A stretch of DNA of 64,000 bases from Myxococcota bacterium (GTDB lineage Bacteria > Myxococcota_A > SURF-8), in NCBI GenBank assembly GCA_965140415.1, contig OZ223209.1:3744001-3808000 (forward strand). Reading direction: 5' to 3'. The number at the start of each line of letters is the position of its first letter. Within the stretch, counting starts at the first letter, position 1. Both the position numbers and the translations under genes were made by a program. Below, in pieces: positions 1-9,597 of this stretch. The notes beneath the pieces were generated by a model. That model was not told the DNA's origin and did not search any database. It worked only from the letters and a program-made list of their open reading frames with translations.

Positions 1-1
1 T

Positions 2-1183
2 CACTCGAAGGTAGCCTATATTGCAGGTCGTATCGCCGAGCAAATGGGTCTTTCCGAACGCGATCAAATGGATCTCATCTTGGCAGGGGCGATTCACGAC
101 ATTGGGGCCCTGGCCACAAAAGACTCCTTTCAGTCGCTGGCCTTTGAAACCGAAACCATTACGAACCATAGCGAAGCCGGTTATTTGTTACTAAAGGATT
201 TTCCTTCGTTACACGATGTAGCCAGGATTGTTCGCTGCCATCATGTAAAATGGAACGGTGGGAAGAACTCGGACGAAGCAAGTTGCGAAAGCCCTGTGAA
301 TTCGCACATCCTTCATTTGGCGGATCGAATTGCCGTTCAAATCAATGAGAAGGAAGACATCCTTCAACAGAAAACCAAGATTTGCGACAACATCCGCTTA
401 AGAACGGGCGATATGTTCGTGCCATCCATCGTCGATGCCTTCTTATCTCTGGAGCAAGTGCAGTCGTTCTGGCTCGATATCGTGACCTCTCCCTGGTCGG
501 TACTGGATCGACTCACTCCTTTGCGCACGGAATACCTCGACCTTGATTCGCTACTGGACCTCGGTTCCATGATGGCGAAACTGATCGACTTCAGAAGCCG
601 TTTTACCGCCACACATTCCAGCGGTGTGGCCGAATCCGCCTTTCAATTGGCACAGCTTGCCGGATTTTCAAATGTCGAAATGAAACTGATCAAAATCGCA
701 GGATTTTTCCACGACATCGGCAAGTTGTCCGTTCCCAACGAAATTCTGGAAAAACCGGGGCGCTTGGACGAATACGATCTGTATGTCATGCAGAAGCATC
801 CATACTACACACACCTGATCTTGGAAGCCTTAAAGGGCATGCAGATTGTCAACAAGTGGGCTTCGCTGCATCATGAACGCCTGGATGGAGAAGGCTACCC
901 GTTTCACATGCAGGCAAATGATTTGGCGATGGGTTCCCGCATCATGGCAGTCGCCGATGTGTTTACAGCCATCACCGAGGATCGTCCCTACAGAAAAGGC
1001 ATGAGCGACGAGAAAGCGATCGGCGTTTTAACGAGCATGAGTGAAAACAAGGCATTGGACACAAGCGTCGTCAACCTGCTCGTAGAAAACTGGGAAAACG
1101 TCAATACAGCACGTATCCATGCACAGGAACAAGCCTTGATTTTGTTCCAGGAAGTGGAAGAACTTTACAAGACCCCAGTATAA
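2..1183 (+). CDS. HD-GYP domain phosphohydrolase (tandem HD domains), 5'-partial
   Basis: Two HD motifs (IHDIG, FHDIGK) and HHERLDGEGYP; the frame is open from base 2, so the gene starts before the window. Confidence 0.9.
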   Translation, partial: HSKVAYIAGRIAEQMGLSERDQMDLILAGAIHDIGALATKDSFQSLAFETETITNHSEAGYLLLKDFPSLHDVARIVRCHHVKWNGGKNSDEASCESPVNSHILHLADRIAVQINEKEDILQQKTKICDNIRLRTGDMFVPSIVDAFLSLEQVQSFWLDIVTSPWSVLDRLTPLRTEYLDLDSLLDLGSMMAKLIDFRSRFTATHSSGVAESAFQLAQLAGFSNVEMKLIKIAGFFHDIGKLSVPNEILEKPGRLDEYDLYVMQKHPYYTHLILEALKGMQIVNKWASLHHERLDGEGYPFHMQANDLAMGSRIMAVADVFTAITEDRPYRKGMSDEKAIGVLTSMSENKALDTSVVNLLVENWENVNTARIHAQEQALILFQEVEELYKTPV

Positions 1184-1253
1184 TATTCGAATTTCTTCTT
1201 TCAAGAAGCTGGAAACGTAAGTAACAAAGTCGTCGAGTTTGTTGCCAAAACGA

Positions 1254-1290
1254 AAGCCATGCTCCTGCCGAAAAGGCTGAAGCATGGCTT
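1254..1290. terminator. Hairpin between convergent genes, likely terminator
   Basis: AAGCCATGCT...AGCATGGCTT inverted repeat between two converging stop codons. Confidence 0.5.
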
Positions 1291-1347
1291 CCATTTGCAT
1301 GTCGGGGAGAAAAGATTTCTCCAGCTATGCCATTCACAAAACCGGAA

Positions 1348-2190
1348 TCAGATTCTTTCCAGGTAGCGTGAGGTGAAGTATTCATCTTTCACGCTGTCAC
1401 TCAGTTGGATCTTGTCGATTTTCATAGTCGAGCGCCGACCGTTCTGCTTGTTGACCATTTCCATCATCATGGGACGATAGCGCTTTTTCTTGGGGTCGAT
1501 CAGCTTGATGTCGCTGGCGGTCAACTGTTTGAGCAGTTCGCCATCCAGATCGTAATACATCGCCTGCCGGATGGTGAAATCCACCTTGCCGATCCAGGCC
1601 ACTTTTCTCGAATAACCGTCCTCGTCCGCAATATCTTCATTGACCGGCGTACTTTCGATCACCCAGCAATCCACGCCGCTATTCTTCTCCTCTTTGAGCA
1701 TCTTGTAGGTGTAGTTGTCCAGAATCGGAATGTTCATGTCGCCATAGGCGAATTCGCTGCCCATGAAACTTTTGGATTTTTCCGAACTGATGATGCGCCG
1801 GGTTTTGCGCAGCGACGGCATGAACATCCACATGTCGTCGTCTTTCTTTTCGTAGTCGTAAGTCATAAAGCCGGTGTTTTTAACATCCGCCGGGGAAAGA
1901 AAGCGCGACAGCTTCTTCTCGGTCTTGCCATCATCATACAACTTGCTGACCATCGCCATCTTTCGCTCGCGCTTCTGCCCCTTCTCGTTGTATATCACCA
2001 TGGTCTGCACCGCTTCTGCGGCATCCAGTTTGCGGGAATCGAAAGTCTGTTCCATGATGTCGCGTGCGCTTTGTGCTTTCTGAGCTTTAACCGTCGGCTG
2101 TGCTTGAGCGGTCTGTTGCAACAGCACCCACATTGCAACCAATGCCAATCCTGCCAATACGACCTTGTTCAATGTTTTTGTCCAGTTCAT
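1348..2190 (-). CDS. Outer-membrane lipoprotein-sorting (LolA-like) protein
   Basis: Signal peptide; FLSPADVKNTGF, DDDMWMFMPSLRKTRRI and SFMGSEFAYGD motifs; follows an RND/MMPL gene. Confidence 0.85.
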   Translation of the reverse strand: MNWTKTLNKVVLAGLALVAMWVLLQQTAQAQPTVKAQKAQSARDIMEQTFDSRKLDAAEAVQTMVIYNEKGQKRERKMAMVSKLYDDGKTEKKLSRFLSPADVKNTGFMTYDYEKKDDDMWMFMPSLRKTRRIISSEKSKSFMGSEFAYGDMNIPILDNYTYKMLKEEKNSGVDCWVIESTPVNEDIADEDGYSRKVAWIGKVDFTIRQAMYYDLDGELLKQLTASDIKLIDPKKKRYRPMMMEMVNKQNGRRSTMKIDKIQLSDSVKDEYFTSRYLERI

Positions 2191-2211
2191 ATTCGCCTCC
2201 TTCTCTATCGG

Positions 2212-4512
2212 TTAGTTCAAGCTTGCAACCTGTGTCTTGGGTTCCAAAAATTTGGGTTTGAAGATCAGACAAACTGCCGGCAACAGTACCAGCGCGCCAA
2301 ACAGACAGGCGCTGATACTCACCACAACCAGAATTCCGAAGAACTCCACCGGCAGGAAAACGGAAAGAATCAAAACGGAGAATCCGATCACCACGGACAG
2401 CGCATTGAACACAATACCCCGGCCTGCGGTCGTCAACGTCTTTGTCACTGCATCCGCATGAGCCAGCCCCCGCCCCAATTCTTCTTTGTAGCGCCATAGG
2501 AAATGAATGGTGTAGTCCACGCCGACACCGATCATGATCGAACTGAGCATGGCGGTGGCGATATTCAACTCGATGTTCATATATCCCATCAAACCGAACA
2601 GCAGCAGAATCGCCAGACCTAGCGGCACGGAAGCCAGCAGTCCTGCGACAGCGGAACGGAACAGGATTCCCACCAGCAGGGCAACCAGTCCCAACGATAA
2701 CAGCAGCGACAGAACCTGCCCGCGAATGACGTGCTCCACCAGGTCGCTGAAGAGATCGGCAAAGCCGCCGATCACCGTAAACGGGCTGTCCGGTCCCAGA
2801 TTTGCAATGTACGCCTTGACGTCATCCACCACGGCCTTATTGATCGAAGTCGCTCCGTCGTTGATACGCGCGCTGATATTGGCGTGCTGATACGGGAAAT
2901 CCACCAGGCGGTCGAAATCGTCCGGTTCGCCGCTCATCGAATACAACAGGAAATACTGGGCGATGGCGTCGCGGCTGTCGGGAATGCTGTCAAACGCCGG
3001 ATCGTCGTCGTTCATCACTTCGTTCATGTTGCGCACGACCTTAGCGATGGACGTAGTAATATCGACATGCGGACTTTCCAGTAAATGCTTTTCCATCGCA
3101 TCGATCTGCTTCATGATTTTCGGATCTTTGATGTCGCCCTCGGCCACAATGGACAATGAGGAAGAACCTCCGAAATTCGCGTTGACCAACTCGTTGGACT
3201 GCCATACTTCCGAACTGTGCGGGTAATAGTTGTTCGGGTTGGTATCCACCTTTAGGAAATAAATTCCGGTTGCGATCACAACCACTCCAATCAAAATCGC
3301 CAGCGCCACTCCAACGGGACGCTTTACGACCCAGCGGGCGGTTCTCGCCAACATGCGATCAAGCAATGACAGTTTGGTCTGCGATCCTTCACGGTGATCC
3401 AGTACCGGTTTGCTTTTAGGCAGAATGGAGAGCATGGCGGGAATGAAAAGCAGGCTGCCGATCAATGCATAACCAACGCCCACTGCTGCCAACACACCCA
3501 TCTGCTCGGCAGGAATGATGATATGCGTCAACAGGCAAAGCATACCGGCTATGGTCGTGATGCCGGTTGCGAGAATGGGGCGCGTCAACTCCATAATGCC
3601 CTTTTTCGCCAATCCTTTCTTATCCAGCGTTGTACCGGGAAGATTATCCTCCTGATAGCGGGCCATGATGTGAATACCGTAGTCGTTGGCCACGGCGATC
3701 AGCATCACCGGCAGAATGACCGTGACCATCTGGATTTTCCAGCCCAAGAGCGGAATCAATCCCATGGCGACCACAATCGCCATGATCGTCATCACGAATG
3801 GCAACACGACGCCACGCAACTGCCGGAAACAGACGAACAGGAAAATCAGCATGATCAATAACCCGACCGGCATGAAGCGCTGCATGTCGCCGCGAATGTC
3901 CTTGGTCAGGTTGACACGCACGAAGGGCATGCCTGCAATATGCACGGTTTCCGGTCCCGGATTGTCGTCGATGACCTTTTGAACGTGCGCCAAGGCATCC
4001 TCGTCACTGACGTGGAAATTCAAAAACCCGACGATGGCCGTGTGTTTGAAATCCTTGGATACGACCGAACCGTAGACCATGTCGTTGTCTACCAGATCCT
4101 TGCGCAGCTTTTCTCTGGACTTGTCGCTTTTCGGAATACGCTTGACCGCCGGATCGACGATCATGCTGCCCTCTTCACCCCTGATGTCCTTCAGCGTAAA
4201 CAGGCTGATCACCTTGTCGAAATCCTTGATGCGCTCCATCTGCTTGCTCATCTGCTTCAAGCGCTTCAAGGTATCGGCGTTTAAGACATCATCAGCGGAA
4301 ACGGTCAACATGATCATGTCCGTACCGCCGAATAGTTCCTCGATTTTATCCAGGTTGACCCGCGTGGGCATATCGTCCGGCAACTGGCTTTTAACCGCCG
4401 GGTCCACTTGAGCCTTGGGAAGCTGGCTACCGAAGAACACGGCAATCCCGACAACCAGGATAATGAACAGCCAGGGATATCGCACTACGGCATCGGCTAT
4501 CTTATTCAGCAT
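2212..4512 (-). CDS. RND/MMPL family transporter
   Basis: Two repeats of large loop plus TM bundle; IAVANDYGIH and GVGVDYTIH motifs. Confidence 0.9.
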   Translation of the reverse strand: MLNKIADAVVRYPWLFIILVVGIAVFFGSQLPKAQVDPAVKSQLPDDMPTRVNLDKIEELFGGTDMIMLTVSADDVLNADTLKRLKQMSKQMERIKDFDKVISLFTLKDIRGEEGSMIVDPAVKRIPKSDKSREKLRKDLVDNDMVYGSVVSKDFKHTAIVGFLNFHVSDEDALAHVQKVIDDNPGPETVHIAGMPFVRVNLTKDIRGDMQRFMPVGLLIMLIFLFVCFRQLRGVVLPFVMTIMAIVVAMGLIPLLGWKIQMVTVILPVMLIAVANDYGIHIMARYQEDNLPGTTLDKKGLAKKGIMELTRPILATGITTIAGMLCLLTHIIIPAEQMGVLAAVGVGYALIGSLLFIPAMLSILPKSKPVLDHREGSQTKLSLLDRMLARTARWVVKRPVGVALAILIGVVVIATGIYFLKVDTNPNNYYPHSSEVWQSNELVNANFGGSSSLSIVAEGDIKDPKIMKQIDAMEKHLLESPHVDITTSIAKVVRNMNEVMNDDDPAFDSIPDSRDAIAQYFLLYSMSGEPDDFDRLVDFPYQHANISARINDGATSINKAVVDDVKAYIANLGPDSPFTVIGGFADLFSDLVEHVIRGQVLSLLLSLGLVALLVGILFRSAVAGLLASVPLGLAILLLFGLMGYMNIELNIATAMLSSIMIGVGVDYTIHFLWRYKEELGRGLAHADAVTKTLTTAGRGIVFNALSVVIGFSVLILSVFLPVEFFGILVVVSISACLFGALVLLPAVCLIFKPKFLEPKTQVASLN

Positions 4513-5200
4513 TGTTTTCCCCCTCGACTATGGGATTGTACTTGCCTTCAAGCGCATTCTTCATTACCACCTGAATCCCTCCCAAAAACAGATCGGTCAC
4601 GATCATCGGATACACGCGGTAATAGTCTTCGCTTATTTCAAATATACCCAGATTCGCAATTATCGGTTTCAGTAGAAAGTGCGACGCCATCAACGAAACC
4701 AGACCCGGTCCAAGCGTGGGTAGCACGTAGGCGGGAATGTGATCCAGTGGGAACGATTCGGTCAGCTTGGGACGAATCGTCTTGATCAATTGCCCTATCC
4801 GCTTAGCTTTGAACTCGGCGATCTCCGGAAGATCGATGGGCAGCTCCATCAGGAAAATGCGCGTCGCTTCCTGGTTTTCTCTGAAAAACTGAATCACCTT
4901 CGCTATGAATCGCTGCAATCCTTCAATCGGTGGCAGTTCCTCTGCAAAGGATTCCCTTCCCAAATCCAAATAGCGTTCGAAAAAGCGGTCGATAATCGCC
5001 ATGAGCACCCCCGGTTTGGAACCGAAGTAATAGTTGATCATCGCGATATTGACATTCGCCTCTTTGGCCAGTTCCCGCACCCCGGTCGCTGCAAATCCCT
5101 TTTGGGCGAACAGCTTTTCCCCCGCAGTCAGAATGCGCTCGCGCGGCTCGGGAACGACGTCCTCTTCTATTGCCCGTTCAATCTCTTTGCTTGTCATCAC
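4502..5200 (-). CDS. TetR/AcrR family regulator
   Basis: N-terminal HTH: ILTAGEKLFAQKGFAATGVRELAKEANVNIAMINYYFGSK. Confidence 0.92.
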   Translation of the reverse strand: MMTSKEIERAIEEDVVPEPRERILTAGEKLFAQKGFAATGVRELAKEANVNIAMINYYFGSKPGVLMAIIDRFFERYLDLGRESFAEELPPIEGLQRFIAKVIQFFRENQEATRIFLMELPIDLPEIAEFKAKRIGQLIKTIRPKLTESFPLDHIPAYVLPTLGPGLVSLMASHFLLKPIIANLGIFEISEDYYRVYPMIVTDLFLGGIQVVMKNALEGKYNPIVEGENNAE

Positions 5201-5214
5201 TCACTCCACATTCC

Positions 5215-6873
5215 CTAAAAAGACACCTTGGCTTCCACATAACCCGCACTCTGGATCTGGTCGATCATTCCGAAAAGCGTATCGTCCGGTCCACCGTAAA
5301 TTTCGCCTCCGAACAGTATCTGCAATGCGTCGGTAATATCGTAGCTGATCTTCGGTCGCGCCAACCATTCCCAGGTGCTGAAGTTGACCATGCCGGAAAC
5401 TTCCAGCGACAGCGTCTCGTGCATCAGCGACCATTCGATGCGCGTAAAAGCGCTATGCTGCCAGCGTTCGGTCTGGCCATATATCTGCTGGTTTTTCTGC
5501 GCCAGTTGCTCCGTAACCTGTTTTTGCAGCATCGAATAAATCGCCGGGCGCGTCTGATCGTTCAGTTCCGGCAGCGGCGCACCCGAGCCGGACAAATCGC
5601 CCGTCGCTTCCTTTCGTTCCCAGTCGAATACGTACACGCCGACATACTGCACGATCACACTGACTTGCCCGGCGAACTCGCGATCCAGCCCCAGCACCCA
5701 GCGAATATCGGGATTGGCGGCATAGGGTTTGTCCTCGAAATCCACCGGACGGCGATAGGCGGCCTCGCCTCGCAACCCGAACCAGTCGCGCACCGGCGCG
5801 GAAAAGTCGAAGCCCGCCACATGCTGCCGGTAGGGTTTGCGGTCGATCAGCACCAGTAGCGCATCGTCCATCAGGCTGACGTCCTTTTCCTCCATGCTAA
5901 AGGCTAAACCAGGTTGAGGCGCATAGCCGTACAGATAGGAAAACGACATTTCCACTTCCGGCAGTTCCAGGTGAACGCGCCCCGCTCCCAGTCCGTTTTT
6001 GATCGACAGATCGGGAAAGTCCTCGCGCAATTGAATATTTTCCGGGAACGGCAACTGCGGCAATTCGGAGGCGGCATAAAAGGGCAGCCAAACACCTTCC
6101 AGGCGCACCGGGGAAACATTTAGAAACATGCGCAAGCCGAAGTTGGCCAGGCGGCGGTCATCCTCATCGGGGGAGCGCAGCGCCATGGTGGTCGGCGTCA
6201 GGTTGTTGGTCGGATTAATACCATCCGCCCTGCCCCACACGATGATCTGGTGCCCGATACGGAAATCGAAACGCCAAAGGTATAAATTGACATAGGCTTC
6301 GCGTAGATCCAGATGCATGGCCTGCTCGCCGTTTTCATGACCATAGCGGAAACGCATTTCGGCAAAACCGGAACCGTAGGGAGCTTTATTGACTCGCAAT
6401 TTCAGTCCGGCTTCTCCATATCCGCTTTTAATCTCCGCATCCGCCTTGCCCGGCATCTTGCCGACGTACAGATCGCCTCGAAGATGTCCGTTGAGTTCGA
6501 AGTTGAAACCGGCCACACTGGCACTCAAACCGGAAGTAGAAGTCGTTTCCGCATCCTCTTCGCTGGCAGCGACATCCACATCGCCACTGACGGCATCCTC
6601 GAACAACCCGGCCCAGGCCTGCAATGGCAACAACCACAACGCGAGACCGGCAAGCAACCAACGGAAAGGAAAAAACTGCTTTTTATTCTTTAGGCTGCCT
6701 CTAAAAATAGCTATTCGTCGCGAGAACGCATCCTTTGCGAGACCGGGCGTTTTTGGCAATCCGCAGGCATATCCTGTAGATACGGCGAGGATTGAGAGAA
6801 ACGATCCGGGCCGAAAAGTGGCGTTCGTAGCAGAATTTGGATTTTTAGAGGTAACCTTTATAGTAACCGTCAT
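5215..6873 (-). CDS. Outer-membrane beta-barrel protein (DUF1302-like); start uncertain
   Basis: LREAYVNL...GHQIIVWGRADG motif, terminal Phe, first gene of the RND/LolA-like operon. Confidence 0.7.
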   Translation of the reverse strand: MTVTIKVTSKNPNSATNATFRPGSFLSILAVSTGYACGLPKTPGLAKDAFSRRIAIFRGSLKNKKQFFPFRWLLAGLALWLLPLQAWAGLFEDAVSGDVDVAASEEDAETTSTSGLSASVAGFNFELNGHLRGDLYVGKMPGKADAEIKSGYGEAGLKLRVNKAPYGSGFAEMRFRYGHENGEQAMHLDLREAYVNLYLWRFDFRIGHQIIVWGRADGINPTNNLTPTTMALRSPDEDDRRLANFGLRMFLNVSPVRLEGVWLPFYAASELPQLPFPENIQLREDFPDLSIKNGLGAGRVHLELPEVEMSFSYLYGYAPQPGLAFSMEEKDVSLMDDALLVLIDRKPYRQHVAGFDFSAPVRDWFGLRGEAAYRRPVDFEDKPYAANPDIRWVLGLDREFAGQVSVIVQYVGVYVFDWERKEATGDLSGSGAPLPELNDQTRPAIYSMLQKQVTEQLAQKNQQIYGQTERWQHSAFTRIEWSLMHETLSLEVSGMVNFSTWEWLARPKISYDITDALQILFGGEIYGGPDDTLFGMIDQIQSAGYVEAKVSF

Positions 6874-6910
6874 TTTCTCGTCCCTCTTCAGCTAGGATTT
6901 GGAAGCCACG

Positions 6911-6977
6911 ATCAAACGATTGACTTAAACATTCGTTTGATTTACTCCACCCTAAAAGTTAAACGATCGTTTGTCAA
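6911..6977 (-). promoter_or_regulatory. Sigma70 promoter overlapped by palindromic TetR-type operators
   Basis: Minus strand TTGACA-17 nt-TAGGGT; palindrome AAACGATCGTTT in the spacer; related boxes TAAACATTCGTTTGA and TCAAACGATTGACTT downstream. Confidence 0.7.
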
Positions 6978-7160
6978 GTGCTTTTTTCTTTTTTTTCGGG
7001 ATCAAATACGCCTGCCGGTTGTCTAAACGGCGTTTGGTTGCTCGAAACAATACAGAGGTTGTACTTCCCTATGTTTTCTGGGATACTTTCACAAATTGGA
7101 AACGTACTCATAGTTTGCAGGCTGGGGAACTTTTACTAAAACGGTAAGTAGGAAATCATC

Positions 7161-8690
7161 ATGAAACATTTTGGATGGATTGTGCTGCTCGGATGGATAC
7201 TCGTTTCGCTTGTCAACTGTTCAGAAGATACCGACGCAGGAGAGATTTCCCGTGAATTATCCGAACGTTTAACCAACGCCTTGAATTTCGAAAACGGCGA
7301 AATTATCGACGAGCAACCGCCGGATGGCGAGTCGGGCTCGGATGCTCCGCAAATCAGTGACTGGGAAGGTGACGAGTTGGCAATCGATGCGCCCTTCGCT
7401 TTTTCGATTATCAGTTCTTTTAGCGAACCGGAGCAAGTTCATTACGTATTGGTACATGTTGAAGGTTCTCATCGTTACTTCCGTGTTGAAGCCGGACTGG
7501 CGGAGGGGCTGGCACAAGTCTTCGGTCGTGTTGCCAACGATAGCGGCCTTAGCGGCTATGGATTTACGCTGCGATTCGCTCTGCAAACAGCCGATGGTAA
7601 AACCGGCAGCTTCCATGAACAGCTTATGTACGTCGATTACAATAGCGAGCCAAGCCTTTCGCTTAGAGACGAAATGGGCACAATCACCCTTGAAGGCGAA
7701 GAATCCTTCGCCAGTGGTCGTCCCGCCGGTCAGAACGGTTCCGCTTTTCCTCAAATCATTGCCGTCAACGCACCCGATTTCGTGATAAACGGAGAATCGA
7801 TCACGCTCGATCTCACCACGAGCTACGAAGACGAAATCCTTTCCGCCATCGTAACCACTCCCGGCAATCCTGTTTACAAGCGAGTAGCTGGCACGCAGAC
7901 AGAGGGAAAATACACCATTACGGGAAAAATCGAGGGTGACGAACTCAGCATTGGAACGGAATGGATCTTCCTATTCGCCCTTGAAAATGCAGACGGCGTG
8001 GGCCTTTATCGAAGCTGGACCGTGCGCATCGGTCCTCCCTTTCCTACCGACGGCGACGGCGAGACCACCGATGGCGATCTTGTCGATGGCGATGCGACTG
8101 ACGGTGACACGATTGATGGCGATGCGGCAGACGGAGACACGATTGACGGCGATGCGACAGACGGCGATCTTGATACCGCCATGCCGGATACCTGGCTGGA
8201 TGTCGATACCGGCCTGACTTGGGAGAGCCCGACCCATGCCGATCTGAAAAACTGGGATGGTGCAACGAGCTATTGCAACGATCTATTCTTAGATGGTTCA
8301 TCAGATTGGCGACTGCCTTCTATTAATGAATTGCGCAGCCTGGTGCGCGATTGCGACAAATCCGCGTTTGGCGGATCTTGCGGCGTTTCCGATGTCTGCT
8401 CTTCCGAAACCTGTTTCGTCTTCAGCGAATGCGGCGGCTGCGCTTTCAACGCCGCCTGCTACAAGCCTTCCGAGTTGCAGGGCACCTGCGCCTATCACTG
8501 GTCGAGCACTCAAGCCAACGACCAGCAAGCCTGGGCGCTCAGTTACGAAAGCGGCGCGTTGTTCCTTTCCGGGGTCGTTTCGACATTGGTAGCTCGCTGC
8601 GTACGCGGAACCTGGGATCAACCCGATGGTGATGTGGATGGTGATAGCATCGATGGCGATCAGGCGGATGGCGACAGCAGCCAACCCTAG
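7161..8690 (+). CDS. Lipoprotein with DGD-repeat linker and DUF1566 (Lcl-type) C-terminal domain
   Basis: Lipobox LVNC; DTGLTWE...WDGATSYC...SDWRLPSINELRSL...ARCVR. Confidence 0.8.
   Translation: MKHFGWIVLLGWILVSLVNCSEDTDAGEISRELSERLTNALNFENGEIIDEQPPDGESGSDAPQISDWEGDELAIDAPFAFSIISSFSEPEQVHYVLVHVEGSHRYFRVEAGLAEGLAQVFGRVANDSGLSGYGFTLRFALQTADGKTGSFHEQLMYVDYNSEPSLSLRDEMGTITLEGEESFASGRPAGQNGSAFPQIIAVNAPDFVINGESITLDLTTSYEDEILSAIVTTPGNPVYKRVAGTQTEGKYTITGKIEGDELSIGTEWIFLFALENADGVGLYRSWTVRIGPPFPTDGDGETTDGDLVDGDATDGDTIDGDAADGDTIDGDATDGDLDTAMPDTWLDVDTGLTWESPTHADLKNWDGATSYCNDLFLDGSSDWRLPSINELRSLVRDCDKSAFGGSCGVSDVCSSETCFVFSECGGCAFNAACYKPSELQGTCAYHWSSTQANDQQAWALSYESGALFLSGVVSTLVARCVRGTWDQPDGDVDGDSIDGDQADGDSSQP
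8047..8170 (+). repeat. Coding tandem repeat, 15-bp unit (DGDxx)n
   Basis: DGDLV DGDAT DGDTI DGDAA DGDTI DGDAT DGDLD. Confidence 0.85.
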
Positions 8691-8764
8691 CGGCAATCGC
8701 TTATTTTGTTCAGTGTGACGCCCAGGACGCTTTATTCGTATTTGCTTCTTATGCTTCTTTTTTG

Positions 8765-8914
8765 GTCGGACAGATTTTCTGTCCGACTTGCTTTTTCCCT
8801 TCCGTTGGAGCAGTTGAGATTGATACCGATATGATACATTTATATCTATAGTAGGTCGGGCAGATTCTGCCCGACATTGATTCAGAAATGTCGGATTCAC
8901 TGAATCCGAACTAC
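8765..8914. repeat. GTAG-family REP palindromes: an inverted doublet (8851-8914) plus a third copy (8765-8787)
   Basis: GTAGGTCGGGCAGATTCTGCCCGACA ... TGTCGGATTCACTGAATCCGAACTAC; GTCGGACAGATTTTCTGTCCGAC. Confidence 0.75.
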
Positions 8915-9597
8915 ACGAAAATGTTGCAAGCATCTCACTTGGTCTGCTCACGATTAGCGAGAGAGGATCGTTAAAAAGCAGATCGCAATCTCATAAAACT
9001 ATCTGCATAGCGCCGAGAGTGGCGGCAAACGGCGATATTGGACGCTAAAATGCCGGTAGACAAGCAGTAAATAGCCGCTAAAAGACCGTAAACAACCAGT
9101 GGGCTGTTCGCGCATGTTGCCCAATGCGGCTGGATGGGACCCTTCGCTGCGGCGTGCTGCATTATGCTGCACCAGGAAGTACTGTCGCTCTTCGTGCGGT
9201 TAGTGGCGTTTTAGTGCTCGTTTACGTGCGTTTACGTGCCAAGCCAAACACGCCCTGAACGCCGTGAAAACCGATGCTTCAAGACGAGCGTCTTGAGTCA
9301 TATTTCTTCGAAACAGCGTCTCCTACCCTGCTCCAAGAGTTACTCTTCCAGGTTGTAATGAGTCCCTTGAAGCCTCTGAAAAGTTGCTAAATCCAATCGG
9401 AAACGGCAAGAGATTTTTCCGTTTCTTTTCTTCTCCGTTAAATCCGGCTTTGTTGGTTGCATCCTGCCCGGATTTTGATATAGTTACCCGGCAAAAAGAA
9501 TGTGAACCCTGAATCGTCGTCTCGATCGAAGCCGTTCCGCTAACTTGGCGCAAGTACTAAAGGATCGGGCGCGATTCGTAGAAACAAGATTGGCAAA

